Below are positions 24,120 to 36,384 of a stretch of DNA of 64,000 nucleotides, in pieces. The notes under the pieces were generated by a model, which was given only the letters and a program-made list of their open reading frames with translations, did not search any database and was not told where the DNA came from. This DNA comes from Octopus sinensis. Taxonomy: Eukaryota. The DNA lies in the NCBI RefSeq assembly GCF_006345805.1, contig NC_043000.1:141112001-141176000 (forward strand), read 5' to 3'. Position numbers and translations under genes: made by a program. Each line of letters begins with the position of its first letter. The first letter of the stretch is position 1.

Positions 24120-24637
24120 GTGAGAGAGCAGTGCATGCCATCAAAATGACACTGGGGTAAAATATACGAAGCCCAGTATACCCATCATGACTACCCGTCT
24201 GCTAAGAGTACATCAGGCACATATGTGCACGACATGGTGATCTCATATCAAAATAAACAGCACATGACATTGCAGGTGGAACCCAGTTAGAATTTTCTTC
24301 TAGTTGTGTAGCCCATCCTGCTCAAAAGGTTCCTGAATAAGAATTGTTTAAGGACGTTGAATGAAAAACCCATGTTTCCAGAGGTGAATTATTCAAATCA
24401 ACACATGGCCATGATGCTCCCCCACTACTTCTGCTCGTGATCAGAGATGCACATATCGTCAGCCACTAAGGGACATGCTCAACTGGTTAAGGTCAAACAA
24501 CTGACAAGCAAATCTTTGGTATTGAGCAGAATATTTGCTGTTGCCAACCTTTTATACGAAGACAAAACAATGTACATGATAACACTTCCAATCAGTTAAG
24601 ATAAGAAGCCACGAGAGCCATTGCCTAGTACTGCATG
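24120..24637 (-). repeat. Unclassified ~520-bp interspersed repeat, SINE-like
   Basis: Sharp boundaries between (ATT)n tracts and higher GC than the flanks. I recognise it as an octopus repeat; there is only one copy in the window. Confidence 0.45.
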
Positions 24638-25180
24638 ATTATTATTATTATTATTGCTGCTGTTGTTGTTATTCCTTCTGCGATTATGTAACTGAACTTC
24701 TAAAAGAGATTAGCTGTTTCACTCTGCTATACAATCTATGCTCTTCAGCATGTGGTTGGCAGGAAAGAAGGTTACTCCATTAGTGAACCTCTATTATCTA
24801 TCCTAAATCAGCTGAAAAGAGGAAAGGCAACCTGGCTTATATTATTTAAGAGTGATTAATGTAAAATACAACAGAAAGAAAGAGATGTAAAAATAATCTG
24901 CTTATGCATAAGAAAGGAAGGAAGGAAATTGGGTGTTTTTGAGTACACAAATGGTGGATGTGTTACGGAAATTTGGATATCTGTTCTGAATTCAAAACCA
25001 TTTGTAGGAAATTGTAGTTTCCATGTCTGTAACAAAATGAACTGAAATTTCTTAGTGAAATCTGATTACATTGTCGAAAGATTACCTGACTTATAACTCA
25101 GTTACAAAATTCATTGTAAGGATGTGTTGATTTATACATAGAGTGAGTACTTCTGCATGAAATTCCAAACATATATACAT

Positions 25181-25995
25181 ATCAGGCCATCTCATAAGTT
25201 CAGCCCGAATTTTGAATAAAGAAAACAAGTGATCAAATGTTATACTTAATTGAAATTTAATCATCAATGTACTTTCTCTGATTATCTATAACTTCTTTCC
25301 ATCTATTTACAAGCTTTTCAATCCCATCAATGTAAAACTCTTGGTTTCAAAGCGAAGAATTCTGAAATGTCAGTTTCGACCTCCTCCTGGCTTGCAAGAG
25401 TTATGTCCCCCAAAATGATTCTGTAAACTACGAAACAAATGGTAATCTGAAGGAGCAAGTTTGGGAGAATAAGGTGGACGAGGGATTTTTTCCCAATCAA
25501 GCTCTTCAACCTTCTGTGATGTGATCTTTATGGGTCTTTCTTTCTTCAAAGCTTGGCTCAAACACTAATTGCTGACTCCTTTGCAATCCCACCAGATAGA
25601 GAGAAGAACCTTTTTTCCATGAAGTTCCCTTCTCAGTTGTGGTTGAGCTCTTTCCCTTTTACCAAGCCACTGTTTACGACATTTAACATTTCGATAGAAG
25701 ATCCATTTTTCGTCACCAGTCAGAAGTATATCCAAAAAGGGTGAAATAAGTTCACGAGAATGGAGAGAAGAGCAGATGTCAACTCAGGACTTGTGGTTGC
25801 TTTCGGACAATCCATGAGGTACCCATTTTCCAAGTTTAGGAACCTTTCCAAATTGTTGAAGATAACAATGAACAGTTGTATGGTTTGAACTAAGCTTTAT
25901 TGCCAATTCTTCAACTGATAATGCAGGATTTTCTTCAAGTAATGTCTCAAGGAGCTTATCATCAAACTCAACTGGATAGAGAGGTGAAACTGCGT
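25181..25995 (-). mobile_element. mariner (DD34D-type) transposon with internal deletions
   Basis: Minus strand gives GKWVPH, LTGDEKWIFY, KVLLSIWWD and PYSPKLAPSDYHLFRSL. TIR-like tatcaggccatctcataagt at 25181. Confidence 0.9.
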
Positions 25996-26260
25996 GGAAA
26001 TCAGCTGCTTAGCAAATGTTAACAGAAACCTAAAGGTTAGTGAAAAAGAACTATTGAGAAATCTACAGTTATTCTACCCAGATTACAAGTTCTGGTTTAC
26101 ACCTGTAATTATTGAGACAATGAGATATGTAACACTAAATACCAATCTTGAGAAATTAGGCTTCTCAAAGCCAGACAGGAGAAAGTTGACTCGAAGGCAA
26201 CAGATCTAAACCATTACTGGAACTGTAAAAATCTGTAAAAACTTTTCAAAGTTTATCATT
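25995..26260 (+). mobile_element. R4/Dong-like RLE C-terminal fragment
   Basis: ORF 25994-26209 (NLKVSEK..FTPVIIETM..LEKLGF..) and GTVKICKTF match the RLE-type LINE C-terminus. Confidence 0.6.
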
Positions 26261-26547
26261 TAAGTATATACATGTGCATGTTTTGACATGCAACTATATG
26301 TATGGAAATGCAAACATAAAACAAGATATACAAATCTGCGCATTCCCTGACTCCAAATAATGCACATACGAAAATATCCTGGTGATGTTGAAATTCCAAT
26401 GAAGGAAACTTGGATCTAGGTTAGAAAGTGGCTCTTTCTCTATCGGCAAGAAATCTTAAAATAAAACTGAATAATGACATACACACACATATATAAATCC
26501 CTTTAGCATAGAAACTGGATATATCTGGCCTCTCACATTTACCCTAC

Positions 26548-26915
26548 AATCATCATCATCGTTTAACGTCCGTAGCACTGGTTGGACGGTTCGACCGGGG
26601 TCTGGGAAGCCAGGAGGCTGCACCAGGCTCCAGTCTGATCTGGCAGTGTTTCTACAGCTGGATGCCCTTCCTAACGCCAACCATTCCGCGAGTGTAGTGG
26701 GTGCTTTTTACGTGCCACTGGCACAGGTGCCAGGGGAGTCTGGCATCGGCCATGATCGGTCGGTGCTTTTAACGTGCCATCGGCACGGAAGCCAGCCAAG
26801 GCGGCGCTGGCATTGGTCATGATCGGATGGTGCTTTTTATGTGCCACCGGAACAGAAGCCAGTCGAGGCGGTGCTGGCATCGGCCACGTTCGGATGGTGC
26901 TTTTTATGTGCCACG
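26548..26915 (-). mobile_element. RTE 3' end with VNTR
   Basis: Same tail as 12658 and 38620, with 3-4 gtgccac..ggcac units. Confidence 0.85.
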
Positions 26916-28329
26916 GTTTTCTTAAAATAAACAATCACATCATCGTAACCATGAAGCTTCAAATAACGTGAATGAGTAAACATTGCATTTGATAGAATAA
27001 TCTGAATGCTAAATGGTTATACACGCGCACGCACGCACATGTGCACGCACAATCTGGTTGAGTATTGTTTCACTTATGCAAATACTTTATAGAAAAATAT
27101 GTGTATGTGTTTGCAATTTATGTGGTTGTGCATATGAATAGAGTAATTATTTTTTAATTACTGGCTTTTAGCAACATCAGTGCCTTATTTGTTTCTGTGA
27201 TTCGATGTGTATCACAAGCAGAACAGTTACAGCTATTTTCAACAGTCAAGTACCTATCACTGACAAGGCCAAAGAAGGCTGAAATTACATGATCTGCTAG
27301 TCCTGGCAGTAACGATGATGGTGATTGTCTCCTGCTAGTGGAGGAAGCAAACGCGCTTATGTGCACCACAAAACCTATTGAGAGATTCTGTCATGGTAAA
27401 TATCACAGTTTAGTGTGTTCTAACAGAACAGCCACTCTTAAGTAGTGATAGGTTTTACCTTAAAAGAGTAGCCATATTGAATGTTAGGTAGCAGCTATGC
27501 ATTCACTCAATCTGCAAGAAGTATTGCCTTAATCTCACTGAATGCACACATTAGCATTTTTACTTAGAATAAAGAGAGTAGATGTCACATCTGGAATACT
27601 TTTGATCAGAACTATGATCAAATAGGGCCAAATTGGGGTTAAACAAGAATCCCATCGATTCTTAATTCACATGAAGTACATATGTTTTATTGTATTTACC
27701 TATGTAGGACATATTTGCTGTCTAATTTTGTTTAGATATGTGATGAATATTAAATGGATTTTTCTCTCCTTTTATCCAGTTAAATGCGATAAGCACCAGC
27801 TTTATATGTCACGATGACATTTCAAGGCACTTTTAATCGTTTTTATTTTATCTCTTTCACTTTCCTACAGCTTAGTCTTCTAAGAAAAAAATCAATGCAC
27901 TTTGATGGTTTTTCAACTATTTTTGTTTTTGTAAGAATGATTTTATGAGAGGTGATACCTATCAAAATATGTTGGGTCTTATTCTTGTCAATGATTATTT
28001 TATATCTGAACAATCGGCCTTCATCTCCTTTATATTATCGTACTTGTCCCATATTATCATACTTATGTATGATTAATGTTGCTTATACCACTTCTCTGTT
28101 TCCACATCACAATTTTGGTATCATGCCCAATGGACTTACTGCCGACTCTGTGTATATATTCTGATTTTGCAAGAATTGGGGGAGACGTAAATGATGTGAT
28201 GAATTGTTTATTGTGGTTAATGTACCTTAAATGATAAAGGTGAAAGGTTGGATCTTGGTCTTAGGAGAAAATTGGCAATGCTCAAGAAAATTATCACAAA
28301 TATGCTGCATTAGAATTAAAAGGACATCA

Positions 28330-29610
28330 TTAAAACAACCCAGTAGCTTTTAAATGTTTTGGAAATATTGCTACATCAGATAGAAAAATCATCAAAGAAA
28401 TTAAGTCAAGTGTGAAACAGGTCAAAGCTGCCTTTGGTGAGAACTAGCATAGAGTGTTAAATATAAGGCTATGAGTAAGAATAAAATAGTCTTAGAAGTA
28501 TAATAGAGCCAATTATTACTTATCGGTAAGCAATCTAAAAGAGCAACTAACAAGTGCAAAAACTCATCAATGCAGCAGAAATGTGCTTCCTTGAATGAAT
28601 GCAGAAGACATCAGGTATAGACAGAGTCATGAATATCGAAGTCTTTAGAGCACCAGAAATACTGCTCAACTGTCAGAGTCTACTCGAAACCACCATGAGA
28701 ATAACTCTACAGTAAAAAGAAGAAATCTGGCCTTGTGCCAAGATTTGAAACCAATGTAAAGAGGTATTTGACAAAACTTTCAACACTTGGTTATGAATGG
28801 AAACTGAATGAAAGAAGCCAGGGGATAGAGAATGAAATTTATACTCACTGATCCTAATCCTTAACAGCTGGCTACAGAAATACTGACCAAGAAACTTGCT
28901 CAGCAACTAAAGTGAGGTTGTGATTGAGAAGACCCGACAACTAAAGTGAGATCGTAGCCACATATGTCCGGCCCAGTTAAGAATACTCCTGATGCATTGG
29001 GCAATATGATATGCTTGAGAAGACCTGTTGAGTCCAATTAAAACCAATATCATAGCTGTGGCCAGTGCCCCCTGACTGGCTCCCATACAGGTGGCACGTA
29101 GAAAGCACCAGCCAAATGTGGTCAATGCTAGGTCTGCCTGACTGGCTCCCATGCTGGTGGCACATAAAAAATACTATCCAGACATAATCGATGCCAGGAC
29201 AACCTGACTGGTCTCCATGTCCGTGGCATGTAAAAAGCACCATCTGAATGTGGCCGATACCAGTATCCCCTAATTGGCTCCCATGCTGGTGAAATGTAAA
29301 AAGCACCATCCGAATGTGACTGATACCAGTAGCTCTTGACTTGGCCTTGTGCCATTTGCATGTATAAAACACTATCTGAATGTGTTTGATGCCAGGCCTG
29401 ACTGACTGGTTCCTGTGCCGGTGGCACATAAAAAAAGTAAAAAAAGCACCCACTACACACTTGGAGTGGTTGGCGTTAGGAAGGGTATCCAGCTGTAGAA
29501 ACATTGACAGATCAGACTGGAGCCTGGGGCAGCTGCTGGCTCTCCAGACCTCAGTAAACCATCGAATCCATGCCAGTATGAAAAAAGGACATTAAATGAT
29601 CATGATGATA
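28330..29610 (+). mobile_element. RTE LINE 3' part with six ~66-bp VNTR units in the 3' UTR
   Basis: FKCFGNIATSD..KEIKS..KAAF RT remnant. CDS end gatatgcttgagaagac. 66-bp units at 29070-29430, then the common tail. Confidence 0.8.
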
Positions 29611-30129
29611 TTGACAAGTAAGCATTTTTTTGGATGGAAGTTTCAGCCCCAAAGGATCAAACTCCATTTGTTTCCATAGCATTCGATTTTACAGTATACC
29701 TTTTGTCAATGCAGATCACTATCAGTTTCTTTTGACTATGCTATTTTTATGTATTATCACTGAAGACTGTCCCTGTCTGCATATTTTTTTCCTTTTAGGT
29801 GCTGATACAGTGTAGGAGGATCATATCTCTAAATATGGTGCCATGATGCGACATTCTATCCACTCTTTTCAATGGTTGTCAAGGGAACCAACCACTTCAG
29901 CCTTTACACCAAGTAAAACAGGAAAATTGAAGTAAGTATAGAATTAATAAATCATGTAGAAATGTTAGAAGAACTGAACTAGAATTCGAGTTGTTTGAAA
30001 TAAATGTAAGTGAAGGAAAAAGAATTGATTCATTGTGTTCCTTATCCCTGATAGAGAAATTCTATATTCTTAAATGGTATACCATTAGTGCCAAAGTTGA
30101 GTTATATGTCACAAAGTGTTATTTCATCT

Positions 30130-30172
<43 letters not shown>

Positions 30173-30693
30173 AAATCAATTCTACAGAAAAGTTGTCTGA
30201 TTTTAAGAGTATTCTGTATAGAATACTGATGTTAATAATATTTTGTGAATCTTCTATTAAGAATTCTAGTACTCTCAATGAAAAAACCTCTACATGATCA
30301 CTCAAACAGCTAGAAGCAGTCACTAAATATTGATTAAATCATGTTACAGTCTTAAAAAAAGACAGAAACTCTGGGACAGTGTAGTATTAGGCTTATAAAT
30401 CCCTTTTCATAAAAACAGATTATGTAAAGCTTACAATCATAAGAGAAGATATAGAGCTTGATCAGGGATGATCTAGGGCTAAACACTGTCACAACCAACA
30501 ACAAATATCTTGTGAGTATTCAGTAAGGAACATTGGAGTTGTTTACTGTTGAATTTTACGTAGTCAGACATAACTGCAGGATTAAAAAGTCTGTTTTGAA
30601 GCCACGCATTGTTTTACTAAAAGTTTAGTTGACGAATGTTTTGGGAGTAGAACACAAAACCTGCTTGACAAAAACTGAAGTAGTTCTCTGTGA

Positions 30694-30729
<36 letters not shown>

Positions 30730-31189
30730 AAATGTGCATATGGAAATATATGTGTTTGAAAATATGCACATAACGGGAAAATTACACATGTATATATAAG
30801 TGTACATATGATTATTGTTCCATCTTCATAGGTGACTACCATCTCTGTATGGTTTCTTGTTACTAATGACTTTTCTGATGTTTCATCCATGACCTCTAAG
30901 ATTACTATTCAAATGCACTGCAGACCTAAAGAGTTTGAAGAATAAGTGATACATGAAATCTGTAACTTCCCCTGACAGAGGTTTTGGCATCCAGCAAAAT
31001 TTAAGGGACATATCACCTACAGGACTGTATGTAACACTCACAAAAGAAAGCACTGCTGTAAGGTCATTTGATTTGCCCTTCTTCCTCACTCGACATTTGT
31101 ATAGGAAGGGTCTTCCTTAAATTAGTAGATGAGCATTTCACAGTCCCATAACTATAGAGGGTTGTTCAAGAAATACCACTTAATCTGTG

Positions 31190-31640
31190 CACCAAGTGTA
31201 AAAAAATATATTACTGTATGACTCCAAACCCTGCACAGAAGCAAGATGCTCATGCAAGATTAACAGTGAGTGACCAGTAGATGGTTGATGTAATACTGAG
31301 GCTGTAGTCTATGAAGCAAAAACAGTGTCCAACAGCTGTATCACTAACAGTAGCAGAAACAACAGTAACAGCATAAGGACACACAGATGGAAATATACTG
31401 GACCAATAGAAGGCCTCTTTAAGATCTGGGTAAACAATCACAAGCCCTCTTTTAGGATTCCAGAGAGGCACAACACTACAACATTAGCCAGGTTATGTGT
31501 TGTGATTAAAAGATGGAGAACCATACTGAATTAACTGGAAGCTGCAGGAATAACCTGGGCTATATCTCAATGGAAGCAGATGCTACAAACGTTGTTTAGC
31601 CAAGAGAACTATGATCTTTAAAAAATTCTCATGAACTGGG
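31190..31640 (+). mobile_element. Penelope-like GIY-YIG endonuclease fragment
   Basis: VVYEAKTV..KYTGPIEGLFKIWVNNHKPSFR..TTTLAR.. and INWKL.. resemble the PLE endonuclease C-terminus; frameshifted. Confidence 0.65.
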
Positions 31641-32021
31641 GCCTTCTGGATTCAAAAAGGGAGATTTTTAGTCAGTACCTTCATGACAGAAAAAATGTTG
31701 TGGAAACATGTCTTTTTTGGTTTGTGTACTAGTGAACAAACGAACATACACAAACTAACCTTTTTCTGACACAGCTGGAATTGTTCATGGGGTGGTAACA
31801 TTGCTCCTCTCAGAAAGGGTTTTCTTCCTTTTAGAGTTTTTTTTGTCACCAATATAATGACCAAGACTGTATTTTTATAAAAAGAAGACTATGTGCTTCT
31901 GGTCAGTACGTCCAGAGAGTCATCTACATTGCCATTGCTGTGTGCAATAGTAGCACAATGGTAACTTTCTGACTGGCCATAATTAAGGTTATACTACTTG
32001 ACGATACAAAATATATATATT

Positions 32022-32242
32022 TCTTTACTACCCACAAGGGGCTAAACACAGAGGAGACAAACAAGGACAGACATTAAGTCGATTACATCGACCCCAGTGC
32101 GTAACTGGTACTTTATTTATCGACCCTGAAAGGATGAAAGGCAAAGTTGACCTCGGCGGAATTTGAACTCAGAACGTAACGACAGACGAAATACCGCTTA
32201 GCATTTCACCCGGTGCGCTAACGTTTCTGCCAGCTCGCTGCC
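32022..32242 (-). mobile_element. SINE family B
   Basis: Reverse complement of the 9675 copy. Confidence 0.9.
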
Positions 32243-32839
32243 AAAATATATAAGTGTGTATGTGTGTGTGTGTGTGTGTGATGTGTGTGTGTATGTGTGT
32301 GCCTGTGTAATATTTTAAAACTGAAATTGAAATCTTTGCTGCTACAGTATAGTATATCTGCTGATTTACATCTATTAGTGTAGATTTGCTGTTTGTTTTC
32401 TACTCCTGAATTCTCTCTCATTGGTTATACGGTATCGCCTGTGGATGTTTATTTTGGTAATTGGTTTCTTATTCTTTTCTCTATGTTATATTATTCATTT
32501 ACCTAAAAGCATTTTTGCAAGATTTTTTTACTATTATATTCTTTGCTTATATTTTGTTTTCATGTTTTACTTGGTTTTACTTTTATGAATTTATTTGTTG
32601 AAAACTTAATTGTTGTTTTGGGTATTATTTCTTCATTGATCCTTTATCATATTCCTTGATGAAATTCATTTCACTTGTTTCTTTTTATAAAAAATTTCTT
32701 TTTTTTTTCTTAACTCACTTCTTGATTTTAAATAATCTATGTTTATGTTGTTAACAAGTTTGTATTAAAAAAAAGTACATTTTTATAGTTCACTGATCAG
32801 AATCCTATTTTCATTTTATGGTCCAACGATTTTTATGAT

Positions 32840-35330
32840 TAACAAACCACAAAAACTAACCACTAAAACCTACTGCAAACAAAAACATATTTGACCAACA
32901 AACTGTAAGAACTAACAAGCAAAGCAACTAACCCATGTAAATAGAACTTATAAGGCAAACATGCTTTTCTATATAAAATCAACCAAGTAAAAAAGTGTAT
33001 TTGAGAAGTAGGGAATGTGTTCAACAAGCACAATTTTCATAAAACAAATTTGATAAAGAGTTTATGCCTCATAAGGCAAAGAAGAAAAATTTCCAAAATA
33101 ATATGTAACTTTATGTTTTAAAACCAACATAGAATATACTACCAACTAATAGAATAGCAAAAAAACAAAACAAAAAAAAAACTAAAGAGCTGAAAATAAA
33201 CAAGTGCCCTAACTACACAAAAAAGAACTGTATAAAAAAACAAACTTGGAAATCATCTAATGAATTACAAAGTTGTTGTCAATGCCTTAATGTAGAATCT
33301 TCTAAAGCTCAAACAATAGAACTAGGCTGGATAAATGAAAGAACAATTCTATACCAATTGACATAGAAGAACAGATACAATGAGTAATATCATTTTCTAC
33401 CTGGTGATCACTCTAGCATGAAAATCAATTCATTAAAGATGATTTCAGTCTAAACAAGCAATACACTCTATATGTATCCAATACCCTCAGTCACATTTGT
33501 TGATGAAAAGAAACTAAATTCATATATATATATACGTGTGTGTGTGTGTGTGTGTTTTATGTAGAGCAGCCCCTGTTCTTGCGAACCTAATAATGGGTTG
33601 TTTTGAATTCACCTTATATGAAGTATCTCTTCAGAAATATGGTTACCCATTTTACCTCTCCATAAGAGAAAATTGGAAAAGTTACCTGGATGTCTGTTTT
33701 ATCATTTCGAAGGAGAACATCGACAAACTTTTGGATTTCAAATCAGCACTAAATGATATAAATAGTAACATTCAATTCACAATGGAATACAACAAAGAAC
33801 AACTCCCATCTTTAGACATCATGATAAAAAGAAGTCAACAATCAAATCATAACTGACATCTATTATAAACCAACTGATTTAAAACAATATTTCCTCTTCA
33901 ACTCATGCCACCCGAAACACATCAAAATAAATATCCCTTTCAATTTGGCAAAAAGGATTGCACAATAGTGTCTGATAGAACAACTCAGGACCTTCGTCTT
34001 CAAGACCTCAAAGCAACACTTACTGAAAGACAATATCCACCCTCACTTATCGATGAGGGAATTAAATGTGCCAAACAATTAGACATAAAAACACTAAGAG
34101 CAACAAAACATAACACCACACCTCATCTCAAAACATTACTATTTATATCAACACACAACTCCAGAAACAGTGAGGCATTCAACACTATTGTGCAAAATCT
34201 TCCTTTACTAACAAGAGATACAAAAATGAACGACGTCCCGAAAACACACAAACTCATCAAATGCAAAAAGCAAGACAAATCGTTAAAGACACTACTAACA
34301 AATGTGAAGCTTTACAAAACAACTACGAAACCAACGGTTGAAAAGTGTGGGCGCCCAAACTGTGGAACCTGCCCCAACCTACTTGAAGGCTCAGATTTCC
34401 TTTTCAAACAAGACAGAGGTTCACAATTAAAACTAGTTTCACTAACAGGAAATCTGCTTGTAATAGAAAATCCAGCCATAATTTTCAAGGTCTCCTACAC
34501 ACAAATCAAAAGATCCATCAAAGCCTCCAGACTAACCAAAGCTTTCAAGAACCATTACCTACCAATCTACCCACCCACCCATCATCTCACAGACAATGGA
34601 AAAATTTGCCTCTGAGACTTAACTTTCAACATAGATACTTCAAGCATTCCACTAGACACAACTTAACTAGACGACATAACTTCTCCCCCTACCCGCATTA
34701 CAAAATTAACAATAAATTTAACCCAAACCACATATAGGCGCAGGAGTGGCTGTGTGGTAATAAGCATGTTTACCAACCACATAGTTCCAGGTTCAGTCCC
34801 ACTGCGTGGCACCTTGGGCATGTGTCTTCTACTATAGCCTCGGGCCGACCAAAGCCTTGTGAGTGGATTTGGTAGATGGAAACTGAAAGAAGCCCGTCGT
34901 ATATATGTATATATATATGCGTGTTTGTGTTTGTCCCCCTAGCATTGCTTGACAACCGATGCTGGTGTGTTTATGTTCCCGTTACTTAGCGGTTCGGCAA
35001 AAGAGACCGATAGAATAAGTACTGGGCTTACAAAAGAATAAGTGCCAGGGTCGAGTTGCTCAATTAAAGGCGGTGCTCCAGCATGGCCGCAGTCAAATGA
35101 CTGAAACTAATAAAAGAGTAAAAGAGTAAGAGAGCCATAGACAATATAACAACCCTCAAAATAACTATAATCTAGTCCACAACACAGTCACTCCACAACA
35201 AACATACTACCACAGCCACAATTTAAACCCAATTTCTCCACACCAAACCAAATACGATACAGACTTCCCACAACAATCCACCTACTACAACTATATATTA
35301 TATATATATATACAATCAAGAAAGAGAGAA
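32840..35330 (+). mobile_element. Penelope-like retroelement remnant (RT C-terminus and pre-GIY-YIG region)
   Basis: APVLANLIMGCFE, NWKSYLDVCFI, IQFTMEYNKEQLPSLD, TDIYYKPTD, ERQYPPSLI and KCGRPNCGTCP. Related to the 2940-4200 element. Confidence 0.85.
34737..35130 (+). mobile_element. SINE family C, full length
   Basis: ggcgcaggagtggctgtgtgg head through gagtaaaagagt tail. Confidence 0.92.
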
Positions 35331-35334
35331 GGAA

Positions 35335-36270
35335 TATCAAAGGTCAATGTTCATATTCACTCAATATATTTCAAAGTCATTGGAATACTCCACAGCATAC
35401 ATAGGTACGTTCATATATATCACCATGACCGACCAGGCCATCAGATGTTGTTGCACATCGCTGGTCACAATGCGCTTCGCATTGTTTTAGCCTTCAAATG
35501 ACGCCACCCCGCTGGCTAAGCGAGCAGGCCAACAGAAGAAAGAGTGAGAGAAAGTTGTGGCGAAAGAGTACAGCAGGGATCGCCACCAGCCCCTGCTGGA
35601 GCCTAGTGGAGCTTTAGGTATTTTCGCTCAATAAACACTCACAACGCCCGGTCTGGGAATCGAAACCGTGATCCTACGACCGCAAGTCCGCTGCCCTAAC
35701 CACTAGGCCATTGTGCCTCCACATTCATATATATATATATAGGATATAATATAAAATTTTATAAATGTACAATTATATAAAAATACATAAATGTATTTAC
35801 GAGGGTGTACGTCCATATTAAAATCAATGAGGATATTAAAATATTCGGATGGTGAATGCCTAGGGGTAATCCAAATAAATGAGGAAGTTGGTATAAAATG
35901 ATTTTAAAAGGTATGTTGAGCAGGTGCAAAATCCGACAGCCATTTTGAGAAGATGTAGGTTGGTTTGGGTGAGTTAACAGCCATCAGACTTTGCACCTGC
36001 TCAAGATTCCTTTTAAAATCATTTTATACCAACTTTCTCATCTATTTGGATTACCGCTATACATTCACCATCTGCATATTTTAATATCCTCATTGATTTT
36101 AATACAGTCATAAAACCCTGCAAGTACATTTATGTATTTTTATATATTTATATATTTATAAATTCTTATATTATATCTTGTGTATATGACTGCACCTATG
36201 TATGCTGTGGAGTATTCCGATGCTTTGAAATATTTTGAGGGAATATGAACTCTGACTTTTGAAATTTGTT
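35335..36270. repeat. Long foldback inverted repeat; left arm interrupted by a SINE
   Basis: 35335-35420 plus 35722-35935 pair with 35985-36270 (e.g. gttggtataaaatgattttaaaagg / ccttttaaaatcattttataccaac; gaatactccacagcatacatagg / cctatgtatgctgtggagtattc). Confidence 0.85.
35420..35721 (-). mobile_element. SINE (head H1 + tail T2)
   Basis: Head identical in type to 39596. Tail (catcagatgttgttgcacatcgctggtcacaatg) is shared with 52227-52531. Confidence 0.88.
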
Positions 36271-36384
36271 TTGTCATTCTTGGTTTTATATTCCTGAGGC
36301 TCTATCAGACTGCTATTTAGTTGTGCTGTATAAGGATATTTATCCCATTTATTTCTTCATTATTCTACATGCATACACACTCAC

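Noticed and set aside
27290-27292. Selenocysteine reading of in-frame TGA codons
   Set aside because: No SECIS identified, no redox-motif context, and one of the stops in the chain is TAG.
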